Part shown: positions 1 through 8,443 of the stretch, one piece after another
Position numbering within the stretch: the first letter of the stretch is position 1
Layout: the number at the start of each line of letters is the position of its first letter
Assembly: GCA_003477045.1 (NCBI GenBank)
Contig: DMTS01000015.1
Span: 2,837 to 50,414, forward strand
Reading direction: 5' to 3'
DNA from: Candidatus Delongbacteria bacterium
GTDB taxonomy: Bacteria; UBA4055
DNA: 47,578 nucleotides
Notes under the pieces: generated by a model
The model's database searches: none
What the model was told of the DNA's origin: nothing
Seen by the model: the letters and a program-made list of their open reading frames with translations, nothing else
Made by a program: the position numbers and the translations under genes

Positions 1-249
1 TATCAAAACTATCCGAACCCGTTCAATCCTGTTACACAGATAACATTTGATCTGGCTAAGACATCTGATGTTAAGCTCATTGTATATAACATCAGCGGGC
101 AGAAAGTTACAGAACTTGCTAATGGAGTTATGAATGCAGGCAATCACGCTGTTGATTTTGATGGCAGCAAATTGAATTCAGGAGTTTATTACTATACTCT
201 CAAGTCTAATGGCGCGACAATAACGAAAAAGTTGATTCTAACTAAATAA
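1..249 (+). CDS. 3' end of a secreted protein carrying a T9SS type-A C-terminal sorting domain (5' end lies outside the window)
   Basis: Frame 1 is open from base 1 to TAA at 247-249. The translation YQNYPNPFNPVTQITFDL...NSGVYYYTLKSNGATITKKLILTK fits the Por/T9SS CTD pattern. The same pattern occurs at three other C-termini in this window. Confidence 0.8.
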   Translation, partial: YQNYPNPFNPVTQITFDLAKTSDVKLIVYNISGQKVTELANGVMNAGNHAVDFDGSKLNSGVYYYTLKSNGATITKKLILTK

Positions 250-264
250 ATTTTCAGTAAATTG

Positions 265-300
265 AACCGGACTGGAAATTACTGTCCGGTTTGATTATTT
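265..300 (+). terminator. Rho-independent terminator after the partial cargo gene
   Basis: Stem AACCGGAC (265-272) pairs with GTCCGGTT (284-291) around an 11-nt loop, followed by a T-rich tract. Confidence 0.6.
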
Positions 301-362
301 TCTCGGAAATCAAAAAATTTATCTGTATATTAAACTTAAGGAATGAACGCACGGAGAAAGAA

Positions 363-3263
363 ATGAAACGAATGCTGATAGTAATATTTTTTACAACCGT
401 AAATATATTGTTTTCCACAATCTATTATGTAACACAGAACGGAGGCGGAAATTTTGACGGTTCTGCCTGGGAAAATTCTTACCCGGGGGATTCGTTGCAA
501 GTAGCAATTGACAGCACACATAGAGGCGACGAGGTCTGGGTCGCAAAAGGAATATACAAACCTAATTCATGGCCTCATTCACTTTCTCCCGGTCCTGAAA
601 GAGAAATGTACTTTGCCATATACACAGATTTGTATGGCGGATTCAGTGGTTCTGAAATTGATATTTCACAAAGAGATTTAAAAAACAATGAAACTATATT
701 ATCTGGTGATATAGGTTTTGTAGGTGATAATTCTGACAATTGCTATCATATAATGACAAACGGTCGATACGGCTCAAATGTTACAGTAATAATTGATGGA
801 GTGACTTTTACAGGCGGTAACGCTGAAGATACCTATGGAACCGGTTCTGCTTTTTACAACCATGATTCTGAATTGACCATAAGGAATTGTACTTTTCACA
901 ATAATCATTCAATTTTTTTAGGTGGAGCTTTAGGAAATAGATATAATTATGATTATAATACTTATATGATCGTAGAAAACTGCTTATTTTATAACAATTC
1001 TTCAAGATATGGTGGAGCGATTTTCAGTAACGGAGAATCAACAATCATTACAAATTGTACTATTGTAAATAACACAGCCTATGATGACGGTGGAGGAATT
1101 TATCTTGCGACCGAAGAATACGAATGGGAAGTTCAATTTGGTGTTAATGAAGTTTCTAACAATATTATTTGGGGAAATAATTGCGATACACAAATTTATC
1201 AATATGATACAGGTTATATAAAATTTTATTTTAATGCTATACAGGATGGTTACAGTGGTTTTGGTAATTATTTTTTATCATCAAATAATGAAGGAGATAC
1301 CAATTCTCCTTATTTCACTGATACGGATAAGAATGACTGGACACTACAATCAACATCTCCGTGCATTGACTTCGGTGTATATTGGAATGCTCCTGAAACA
1401 GATATAAATTTAGCCCCGAGGCCTCAGGGTCTAATATATGATATTGGAGCTTATGAGTTTAAAAATACAGAACCAAATGCTACATTGCCATCAGTTTCAA
1501 CATTACCTGCTGAGAACATATCTGCTACATATGCAACTTTAAAAGGAGATGTAACGGATGAAGGTAATGCTCAGGTCATTGCAAAAGGAATAAAATACAG
1601 CACTAGTAACGGATTCGATCCTGAGACAGAAGGTAAACTCGTAAGGCTATTAGAGCTTATAGATGCAGGGGCGTTTGAGTTGTTTGTTACTAATTTATCT
1701 CCAAATACAATATACTACTACAGAGCATATTGTGAAAATAAATTTGGATATTCTTATGCAGATAATGAGCTTTCTTTTACGACTTCAGATTCTATAGTAA
1801 TAAACCCTGATGCAAACGGAATAGTATATATCAAAGAAGAAGGTACCGGAGATGGGTCATCCTGGAGCAATGCTTTAAATGGTTATGAATTACAGAACGG
1901 TATTGATCATCCTGATGCGACTGAAATATGGGTTGCAAAAGGTATTTATGTACCGAATGGCTGGCCTTTAGTAGATGTTTATCATGGAACTACCGAAAGA
2001 GAGAAGCACTTTAGAATAAGACCGAATAAAAAATTGTATGGCGGTTACAACGGTATTGAAACATCAATTGATCAAAGGGATATAAAAGAAAACGAAACCA
2101 TTCTATCAGGAGATATTGGAGTGAAAGGATATTCGGAAGATAACTGCTATCATGTAATCTATAATGGTGGCACATTAATAGACAATTCTGCTGTAATTGA
2201 CGGATTTACTATAACGGATGGCAATGCAGACGGTACATTAAGGTACAGCACGCTTTTGGGCGGTGGTATTTACAACCGGGCATGTTCACCCAGAATATCC
2301 AAATGCCTTATTAAGAATAATTATGCAATAGTAGGTGGTGGAGTTGCAGTTGGTTCAGACCCTGCTTATCCAATAATTGAAAATTGCACAGTTACAGGAA
2401 ACATTGCAGAATTATATGGAGGTGGTATTGAAAACGAAGGAGCATACCCCACAATTCAAAACTGCTTGATATCAAATAATACAGCCGGTAAAGAAGGAGG
2501 CGGCATTTACCATTGGGCGGAGTATATTACTTTTGGCGATTCAGACACACTCAAAATTTTTAATTCTACAATCGTAAAAAATATTGCCCCTATAGGAAGT
2601 GGGATTCAAATAAAAAGCGATTGTATGACAGGATTCAATCGTGAAATTATACAAAATAGTGTAATTTGGGGAGATTCTTCCGCATTCACATTTGAGTATG
2701 AAGCTCTATATGGCTCGATACAAACGATTTCATATTGCGGAATAACAGGCGGATACTCCGGTGAAGGAAATATTGACCTCTCTTCCGACAACTCAGGCGA
2801 TCCGAACTCGCCCTATTTCTCGGACCCTGAAAGCGGCAACTGGATGATTCAGGAATATTCACCGCTTCGGGACGCGGGAGTTTGGACTTCCAATGTGCCT
2901 TTATCTGATCTTGCCGGTTTTTCAAGAGACGCTATTCCAGATATAGGTTGTTATGAATACGATCCGACTTCAATTGAAGACACAGAATCGGTTCTGCCGC
3001 GCACTACCGAACTTTATCAGAATTATCCGAATCCTTTCAATCCGGCTACGAACATCAAGTTTGCTTTGAGCAAATCAGGTAAAGTTGAGTTGTCTGTTTT
3101 TAACATAGCTGGTCAGCTTGTGCGAAAAATTATTGATAAAGAAATGGCAGCTGGTTACCACAATGTAAAGTTCGAAGCGGATGATCTAAATTCCGGATTG
3201 TATTTCTACAAGCTCATAGCTGGCGGAAAAGAGCTTACAAAAAAGATGCTCATGGTAAAATAA
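363..3263 (+). CDS. Secreted right-handed beta-helix (Pmp-like GGAI/FxxN repeat) protein with internal duplication, an FN3-like insert and a T9SS CTD
   Basis: ORF 291-3263. I prefer ATG 363, which follows GGAG at 354-357 and starts a signal peptide (MKRMLIVIFFTTVNILFS); the TTG at 291 sits inside the upstream terminator. Repeats such as NNSSRYGGAIFSNG, DDGGGIYL, LYGGGIENEG and KEGGGIYHW are present. The C-terminus YQNYPNPFNPATNIKF...GLYFYKL (3015-3260) is a T9SS CTD. Confidence 0.8.
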   Translation: MKRMLIVIFFTTVNILFSTIYYVTQNGGGNFDGSAWENSYPGDSLQVAIDSTHRGDEVWVAKGIYKPNSWPHSLSPGPEREMYFAIYTDLYGGFSGSEIDISQRDLKNNETILSGDIGFVGDNSDNCYHIMTNGRYGSNVTVIIDGVTFTGGNAEDTYGTGSAFYNHDSELTIRNCTFHNNHSIFLGGALGNRYNYDYNTYMIVENCLFYNNSSRYGGAIFSNGESTIITNCTIVNNTAYDDGGGIYLATEEYEWEVQFGVNEVSNNIIWGNNCDTQIYQYDTGYIKFYFNAIQDGYSGFGNYFLSSNNEGDTNSPYFTDTDKNDWTLQSTSPCIDFGVYWNAPETDINLAPRPQGLIYDIGAYEFKNTEPNATLPSVSTLPAENISATYATLKGDVTDEGNAQVIAKGIKYSTSNGFDPETEGKLVRLLELIDAGAFELFVTNLSPNTIYYYRAYCENKFGYSYADNELSFTTSDSIVINPDANGIVYIKEEGTGDGSSWSNALNGYELQNGIDHPDATEIWVAKGIYVPNGWPLVDVYHGTTEREKHFRIRPNKKLYGGYNGIETSIDQRDIKENETILSGDIGVKGYSEDNCYHVIYNGGTLIDNSAVIDGFTITDGNADGTLRYSTLLGGGIYNRACSPRISKCLIKNNYAIVGGGVAVGSDPAYPIIENCTVTGNIAELYGGGIENEGAYPTIQNCLISNNTAGKEGGGIYHWAEYITFGDSDTLKIFNSTIVKNIAPIGSGIQIKSDCMTGFNREIIQNSVIWGDSSAFTFEYEALYGSIQTISYCGITGGYSGEGNIDLSSDNSGDPNSPYFSDPESGNWMIQEYSPLRDAGVWTSNVPLSDLAGFSRDAIPDIGCYEYDPTSIEDTESVLPRTTELYQNYPNPFNPATNIKFALSKSGKVELSVFNIAGQLVRKIIDKEMAAGYHNVKFEADDLNSGLYFYKLIAGGKELTKKMLMVK

Positions 3264-3300
3264 TTGTAACTTTACTGTCTTTTTTTATTATATTGCCAGA

Positions 3301-5826
3301 ATGAGAAAATTTCTTTTTTCATATTTTCTTTTGGTTTGCTTTTTTCTCTCCGCAGAAATGGCCGATCACGCTATCTACCCGAGCGGGGATCCATTGACAT
3401 CAGGGGGCTGGAAGGAACCTTCACCGGAACAGATGAAAATGATTGATTCCCTAAAAGTTTTTAAACCTGACAAATTTATTGTTAAAGACACTCTTCCAGA
3501 CAGCGTTGACAATTCGATAAGCGTTTATTTCAGACCAGTTTTTTCACAGTATGCGAATGAATGTGCTCAGGCAGCCGGTGTCGGTTACACTTTCACCTAT
3601 GAATTGAACAGGATGCGCGGTACAAACGCAAATTTCAATAAGAACCAATTCCCGCATTATTTTACATACAATTTCCTGAACAGCGGGAGCGAAGGTGAAG
3701 GATCAAATTATTTTGACGGCTGGGAGATCCTTAAACGGGAAGGCTGCCCTTACAATCAGGACTATGGGGGAATGGTGCCGACAGACGACCCTGATCTGAG
3801 AGAAATTCTCTGGATGACCGGGTACGATAAATACGAAAGGGCCATGGAGAACAGAGTATGCGAAGTGATCGCATTACCATGCGGAACTCCCGAAGGCCTT
3901 GATGACCTTAAAAGATGGCTTTTCGACCACGGTAACGGTTCAATTTACGGAGGCGTGGCAGTTTTTTCAGCCGGTGTCTTGTACACATGGCAGACAGATA
4001 CTCTTCATCAGAACACACCACATTCCGGAGAATCAGTTATTACTAAATGGCATACAACAGTCAATCACGCCATGACAATAGCTGGCTATAATGATTCTAT
4101 CCGCTATGACTATAACGGTGACGGAAGATTTACCAATGATCTTGATATCAACGGAGACTTGGTTGTTGATATGAAAGACTGGGAGATCGGAGCACTTCTA
4201 ATGGTCAACTCATGGGGTTACACATGGGGCGATAACGGCAGAAGCTGGGTAATGTATAATACGCTTGGATATAAGCACTGGGAAGGCGGTATCTGGACTC
4301 AGACTGCTCACGCAATCAACACTTTTGATTACTATACTCCCCTGCTAAAACTACGCGCTGAAATTGATTATCCCGACAGGAACAATCTTAAGATATACGC
4401 AGGTGTTTCTAGTGATTCCGGTTCTTTCAAACCCGATAAAATAATGGATTGCCTGATGCTTGATCACGCCGGCGGCAATTATCCTATGTCCGGTGATTCG
4501 TCTTATATTGACATAGGTCTTGATATTACTTCCCTTATTGCAGATATTGAAAACAATTCCGTAGCTGAAATATTTCTTTGTGTTGCTGAAAGAGATAGTT
4601 TTTTCACTTCAGTAGGAAAAATAATTTCGATGTCAGTTACTGATGAATGGGGCAATACTGTATCCTGTGCTGAAACTAATCTACAAATAGCAGATAATGA
4701 TACGACTTATTTGAGTGTAGTTCTTCCGGTATATTATAACACTCCTCTGATCACTGTAAGTGCATTACCGGAAATTATACCTGAGGAACCTTATTTTTTT
4801 CAAATGATATCAAGAGGCGGTCGGGATCCGTATAATTGGAATTTTATAATTGATTATACAGAAAATGAAAATACAAATGATTTCCCTTCGGGAGAATTCA
4901 CTGCTGCTGTTCTGCCCCATAACAACCCCGATAACGATATAATACCCGTCGAACTTGAATTCCGGTTCCCTTTTTTTGGAAACTTTTATGATTCTGTTTT
5001 TGTTTCTACAGACGGTTATATTTGTTTTGAAAATAAATATTACTACATTCAGGATGAGTTAAGCTTGATTGAAAATAAAGTGATAGCTCCTCATGCGGCA
5101 GAACTTACCTGCTATCCTACCAACGGAGACGGAATCTATTTTCTCTCGGCTATAAATTTCTTCACGGTTATATGGGATTCCGCTACAAGAACTGACAGCT
5201 TCGCAAATATAAAATTTGCTTGCAGAATTTACTCTGACGGAAAGATCGAATTCTTTCATGCCGACTATATTACTGAAGGCGCTGATTGGTATAGCGGAAT
5301 ATCAAACGGAGATTCTAAAAATTATATCATTTCCGGTATCAGCGGAATTTATGATCCGTCAGGAAAGAATATTACCCTTAATGCTCCTGATTTCCCTAAT
5401 GGTTTAGCTATAAATGGCTCCGGAGTTCTGTCAGGAACGATCCATGAATACGATAAATCATGGATTCTTAAAATCAGGATCACAGACTGGAATGGAATAT
5501 CATCTGAAAAAGAGATCGGCATCTCATCCTCTACTGCTATGGAAGAAGAAACCGTTTCCGATAAAGATTTTTTTATGAACTTTCCCAACCCGTTTAATTC
5601 CGTTACAGAAATCAGGTTCAGCTTGAACCAAAGCGGAAATTTTTCTCTGATTATCTTTAATTCAAGCGGGCAGATAGCTTGCAAGATATTTGATAACAGT
5701 TTTTTAAAAAAAGGAACCCACACTTTAGTTTGGCGACCCGAAAATTATTCTTCAGGTATTTATTACTCAATACTGACGGACGGATCTGGAAGTTCATTCT
5801 GCTGCAAAATGCTTCTTTTAAAATAA
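3301..5826 (+). CDS. Paralog P1: secreted multidomain papain-fold (C1-like) cysteine peptidase with a NIDO-like module and a T9SS CTD
   Basis: Signal peptide MRKFLFSYFLLVCFFLSA. Catalytic-type motifs are Q-x4-C (FSQYANECAQAAG, Cys codon 3562), VNHAMTIAGYNDS (His codon 4066) and MVNSWGYTWG (Asn codon 4207). The C-terminus NFPNPFNSVTEIRFSL...GIYYSIL (5569-5823) is a T9SS CTD. Confidence 0.75.
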   Translation: MRKFLFSYFLLVCFFLSAEMADHAIYPSGDPLTSGGWKEPSPEQMKMIDSLKVFKPDKFIVKDTLPDSVDNSISVYFRPVFSQYANECAQAAGVGYTFTYELNRMRGTNANFNKNQFPHYFTYNFLNSGSEGEGSNYFDGWEILKREGCPYNQDYGGMVPTDDPDLREILWMTGYDKYERAMENRVCEVIALPCGTPEGLDDLKRWLFDHGNGSIYGGVAVFSAGVLYTWQTDTLHQNTPHSGESVITKWHTTVNHAMTIAGYNDSIRYDYNGDGRFTNDLDINGDLVVDMKDWEIGALLMVNSWGYTWGDNGRSWVMYNTLGYKHWEGGIWTQTAHAINTFDYYTPLLKLRAEIDYPDRNNLKIYAGVSSDSGSFKPDKIMDCLMLDHAGGNYPMSGDSSYIDIGLDITSLIADIENNSVAEIFLCVAERDSFFTSVGKIISMSVTDEWGNTVSCAETNLQIADNDTTYLSVVLPVYYNTPLITVSALPEIIPEEPYFFQMISRGGRDPYNWNFIIDYTENENTNDFPSGEFTAAVLPHNNPDNDIIPVELEFRFPFFGNFYDSVFVSTDGYICFENKYYYIQDELSLIENKVIAPHAAELTCYPTNGDGIYFLSAINFFTVIWDSATRTDSFANIKFACRIYSDGKIEFFHADYITEGADWYSGISNGDSKNYIISGISGIYDPSGKNITLNAPDFPNGLAINGSGVLSGTIHEYDKSWILKIRITDWNGISSEKEIGISSSTAMEEETVSDKDFFMNFPNPFNSVTEIRFSLNQSGNFSLIIFNSSGQIACKIFDNSFLKKGTHTLVWRPENYSSGIYYSILTDGSGSSFCCKMLLLK

Positions 5827-5892
5827 TTTTTATTTCTATTTACAATTTTATCCGCTTTTGTTACTATTTAGTAAAATATTTTGGAGAAAAAA

Positions 5893-8343
5893 ATGAAAAT
5901 ATCTGTATTAGCAGCCTTAATAATTGTAAACTCCTTTCTGTTCGGTGAGCTCTATAACGCAAACCCCGATCCTTACGGAGATCCATGGATCGTGGGCGGA
6001 GTTTCCGAACCGACACCCGAGCAGATGGCCAGATTCAATGCAATTCCTAAACTTGTCTTACCGGATACTTACAAAGACAGAAAGGACCCTCTCCCGTCAT
6101 CAATTGACAACTCCCTGCTGCCCTATTTCAGACCGGTTTTCACCCAAAAGAACGGAAGCTGCGGACAGGCAAGCGGAGTAGGCTATAATTTTACTTATGA
6201 AATAAATCTTGAAAGAGGAACTGCAGCAAATGTACTTGTAAATCAGTTTCCTACTCATCATACCTATAATTTTCTGAACGACGGGTATGACAACGGATCG
6301 TGGTACTTTGACGGATGGGAAATCATCAAAGCCAACGGCGTACCGGATTGCGATACTTATGGCGGCATGTATCCGCTCGTTAATACTGCCGTGACATGGA
6401 TGAACGGCTACGAGGGCTGGGATATCGGTATGAATAATCGCGTTAAAGAGCTCATCAATATTCAGGTCGGCACTCCCGAAGGTCTTCTAACTCTAAAACA
6501 ATGGTTTATAGACCATGCAGACGGTTCCACAAACGGAGGTGTAGTCAATTTTGCTGCGGGAGTTTCCGGCGAGTACTGGACAGGAACGCTTCCTGCAGGC
6601 ACCCCCAACGCAGGTCAATATGTTATAAAGATGTGGGGCTCTGTAATGAATCATGCGATGACATTTACGGGTTACGATGATTCTATCAGGGTAGATTACA
6701 ATAACGACGGCCGGTACACCAATGATCTCGATATCACCGGTGATGAAATTGTTGATATGAAAGACTGGGAGATCGGCGGACTCAGAATGGTTAATTCATG
6801 GGGAACAACATGGGGCAATTCCGGAAAAGCGTGGGTAATGTACCGTACGCTGGCATTAGATATATCAGAAGGCGGTATCTGGAATAATGTCGTTAGCTCA
6901 ATCAGAGTTAAAGAATCGTTTACTCCGACATTAAAACTCAAAGCTGTAGTGAATCATAACGAAAGAACTGATGTAAAGATCTTTGCAGGTGTAGCTTCAG
7001 ATACATCTGCAACTTTTCCTGAACACATACTCCCATTCCCGCTATTCGTTTATCAGGGAGGATATTATGGAATGGTAGGCGATACGAACGAAATTGAATT
7101 CGGACTGGATATTACACCTCTTCTCGCTTATGTAAATCCGGATGAGCCTGTAAAATATTTTATATGTTTAAATGAAGTTGACCCCTATAATTACGGCGAA
7201 GGTGAGATAATTTCATTCTCTGTAATTGATGCTGATTCAAATGAGACCGTTTCTGCCCAGTCCCCCGTTTACATTGAAAATAATGCAACAACATATATGT
7301 CGCTGATAAAATCTTCAAGTTTTAATCCGCCTGAGATTGTAACTGGTTCGTTGCCTACAGCTACTCAAAACGAATTATATTCTTACGATCTGACTGCTCA
7401 GAACGGTTCTGCTCCTTATGCTTGGAGAATCAAATACGATTATGCTCAAATTGATAATATTTCAAATTTTCAGGAAGAGGCGGACAGTCTGCTGATCACT
7501 AATGATGATGATGACGGTTTCGGTATAATTGATCTTGACTTCGAGTTCCCGTTCTACGGAAAACTTTATGATCAGATTACTATCTCAACAAACGGTTCAA
7601 TACTTTTCGGCGGCGTTTTTGAATTTATTACTACAGAAGTAAATATTATGTCGGCAAGAAATATTACACCCTACGCAGCTGATCTGGCAAGCGTTTCTTC
7701 TTACGGTGAAGGTATTTTCTTTTATAAAAATACCGAATATATCGAAGTAAGATGGATAACATCCACTTATTTAGATACTGAAGCAAGTATTGATTTCGCT
7801 GCAAAATTGTATTCATCTGGAAATATCGAATTCTTTTACGGAGAAAATTTGTCAACTGAAATCATCTGGGCTTCAGGAATTTCTGACGGAAATGAAAATA
7901 ATTGTCTTATGTCCTGTTTGTCAAATACAAATGATCCTTCAGGTTTGAAAACAAAATTTATCGTTTCGGACTTTCCGTATGGAATGGGACTGAGCGAATC
8001 CGGTGTTTTCGGCGGAACTTTAACCTGCACTCCAAATACATGGAATATTATGTTCAGTGTTACAGATCTCAATAACATATCTTCGCTGAAGGTACTTCCT
8101 TTCTCACTGATTGCGCCGATGGGTATTCCCGGAAATATCAGCGTCGCCGCTTCTGTTTCATCGGCTATACTTACATGGGACGCTGTTTCGGGTGCTACTG
8201 TCTATAACATTTACAGATCAAATCTTCCTTATGGAACTTATACTAAGTTAGGAACTTCTCCCACACCGCCTTATGAAGACACAGAAATATCCGGTTCAAA
8301 TAAGTATTTCTATTACATAACTGCGGATAATCTTAAAAAATAA
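5893..8343 (+). CDS. Paralog P2: secreted multidomain papain-fold (C1-like) cysteine peptidase with a NIDO-like module and a terminal FN3-like domain (no T9SS CTD)
   Basis: ORF 5881-8343. I prefer ATG 5893 after GGAG (5883-5886), giving the signal peptide MKISVLAALIIVNSFLFG. Motifs are FTQKNGSCGQASG (Cys codon 6160), MNHAMTFTGYDDS and MVNSWGTTWG. The C-terminal 76 aa (8113-8340), ILTWDAVSGATVYNIYRS...KYFYYITADN, look FN3-like. Confidence 0.75.
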   Translation: MKISVLAALIIVNSFLFGELYNANPDPYGDPWIVGGVSEPTPEQMARFNAIPKLVLPDTYKDRKDPLPSSIDNSLLPYFRPVFTQKNGSCGQASGVGYNFTYEINLERGTAANVLVNQFPTHHTYNFLNDGYDNGSWYFDGWEIIKANGVPDCDTYGGMYPLVNTAVTWMNGYEGWDIGMNNRVKELINIQVGTPEGLLTLKQWFIDHADGSTNGGVVNFAAGVSGEYWTGTLPAGTPNAGQYVIKMWGSVMNHAMTFTGYDDSIRVDYNNDGRYTNDLDITGDEIVDMKDWEIGGLRMVNSWGTTWGNSGKAWVMYRTLALDISEGGIWNNVVSSIRVKESFTPTLKLKAVVNHNERTDVKIFAGVASDTSATFPEHILPFPLFVYQGGYYGMVGDTNEIEFGLDITPLLAYVNPDEPVKYFICLNEVDPYNYGEGEIISFSVIDADSNETVSAQSPVYIENNATTYMSLIKSSSFNPPEIVTGSLPTATQNELYSYDLTAQNGSAPYAWRIKYDYAQIDNISNFQEEADSLLITNDDDDGFGIIDLDFEFPFYGKLYDQITISTNGSILFGGVFEFITTEVNIMSARNITPYAADLASVSSYGEGIFFYKNTEYIEVRWITSTYLDTEASIDFAAKLYSSGNIEFFYGENLSTEIIWASGISDGNENNCLMSCLSNTNDPSGLKTKFIVSDFPYGMGLSESGVFGGTLTCTPNTWNIMFSVTDLNNISSLKVLPFSLIAPMGIPGNISVAASVSSAILTWDAVSGATVYNIYRSNLPYGTYTKLGTSPTPPYEDTEISGSNKYFYYITADNLKK

Positions 8344-8364
8344 TTCTTGGTTAAACATCGAATT

Positions 8365-8404
8365 AAAGGAAATTGTTAACTTTACAATTTCCTTTTCTTT
8401 TATT
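8365..8404 (+). terminator. Rho-independent terminator after P2
   Basis: Perfect 12-bp stem AAAGGAAATTGT (8365-8376) / ACAATTTCCTTT (8384-8395) with a 7-nt loop, followed by TCTTTTATT. Confidence 0.75.
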
Positions 8405-8443
8405 ATATTCAGATAATTGAAAAAAATTAAAAGGATGTATTCC

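Noticed and set aside
291-362. N-terminal extension of the Pmp-like ORF starting at TTG 291
   Set aside because: The extension overlaps the upstream terminator hairpin and encodes no signal peptide. ATG 363 has a GGAG SD and opens directly into a signal peptide. I made similar 5' trims at 5881, 8417, 10902, 18949, 30631, 34348, 37711 and 40886 for the same reasons (an internal ATG with an SD and signal peptide, or overlap with the previous gene).
4099-4191. Interpreting the D-x-N-x-D-G insertion as a true cellulosomal dockerin
   Set aside because: The segment is internal to the catalytic domain, lying between the catalytic His and Asn. It is shorter than a duplicated dockerin module and no cohesin-like partner is evident. 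I keep it only as a Ca-binding-like loop hypothesis.
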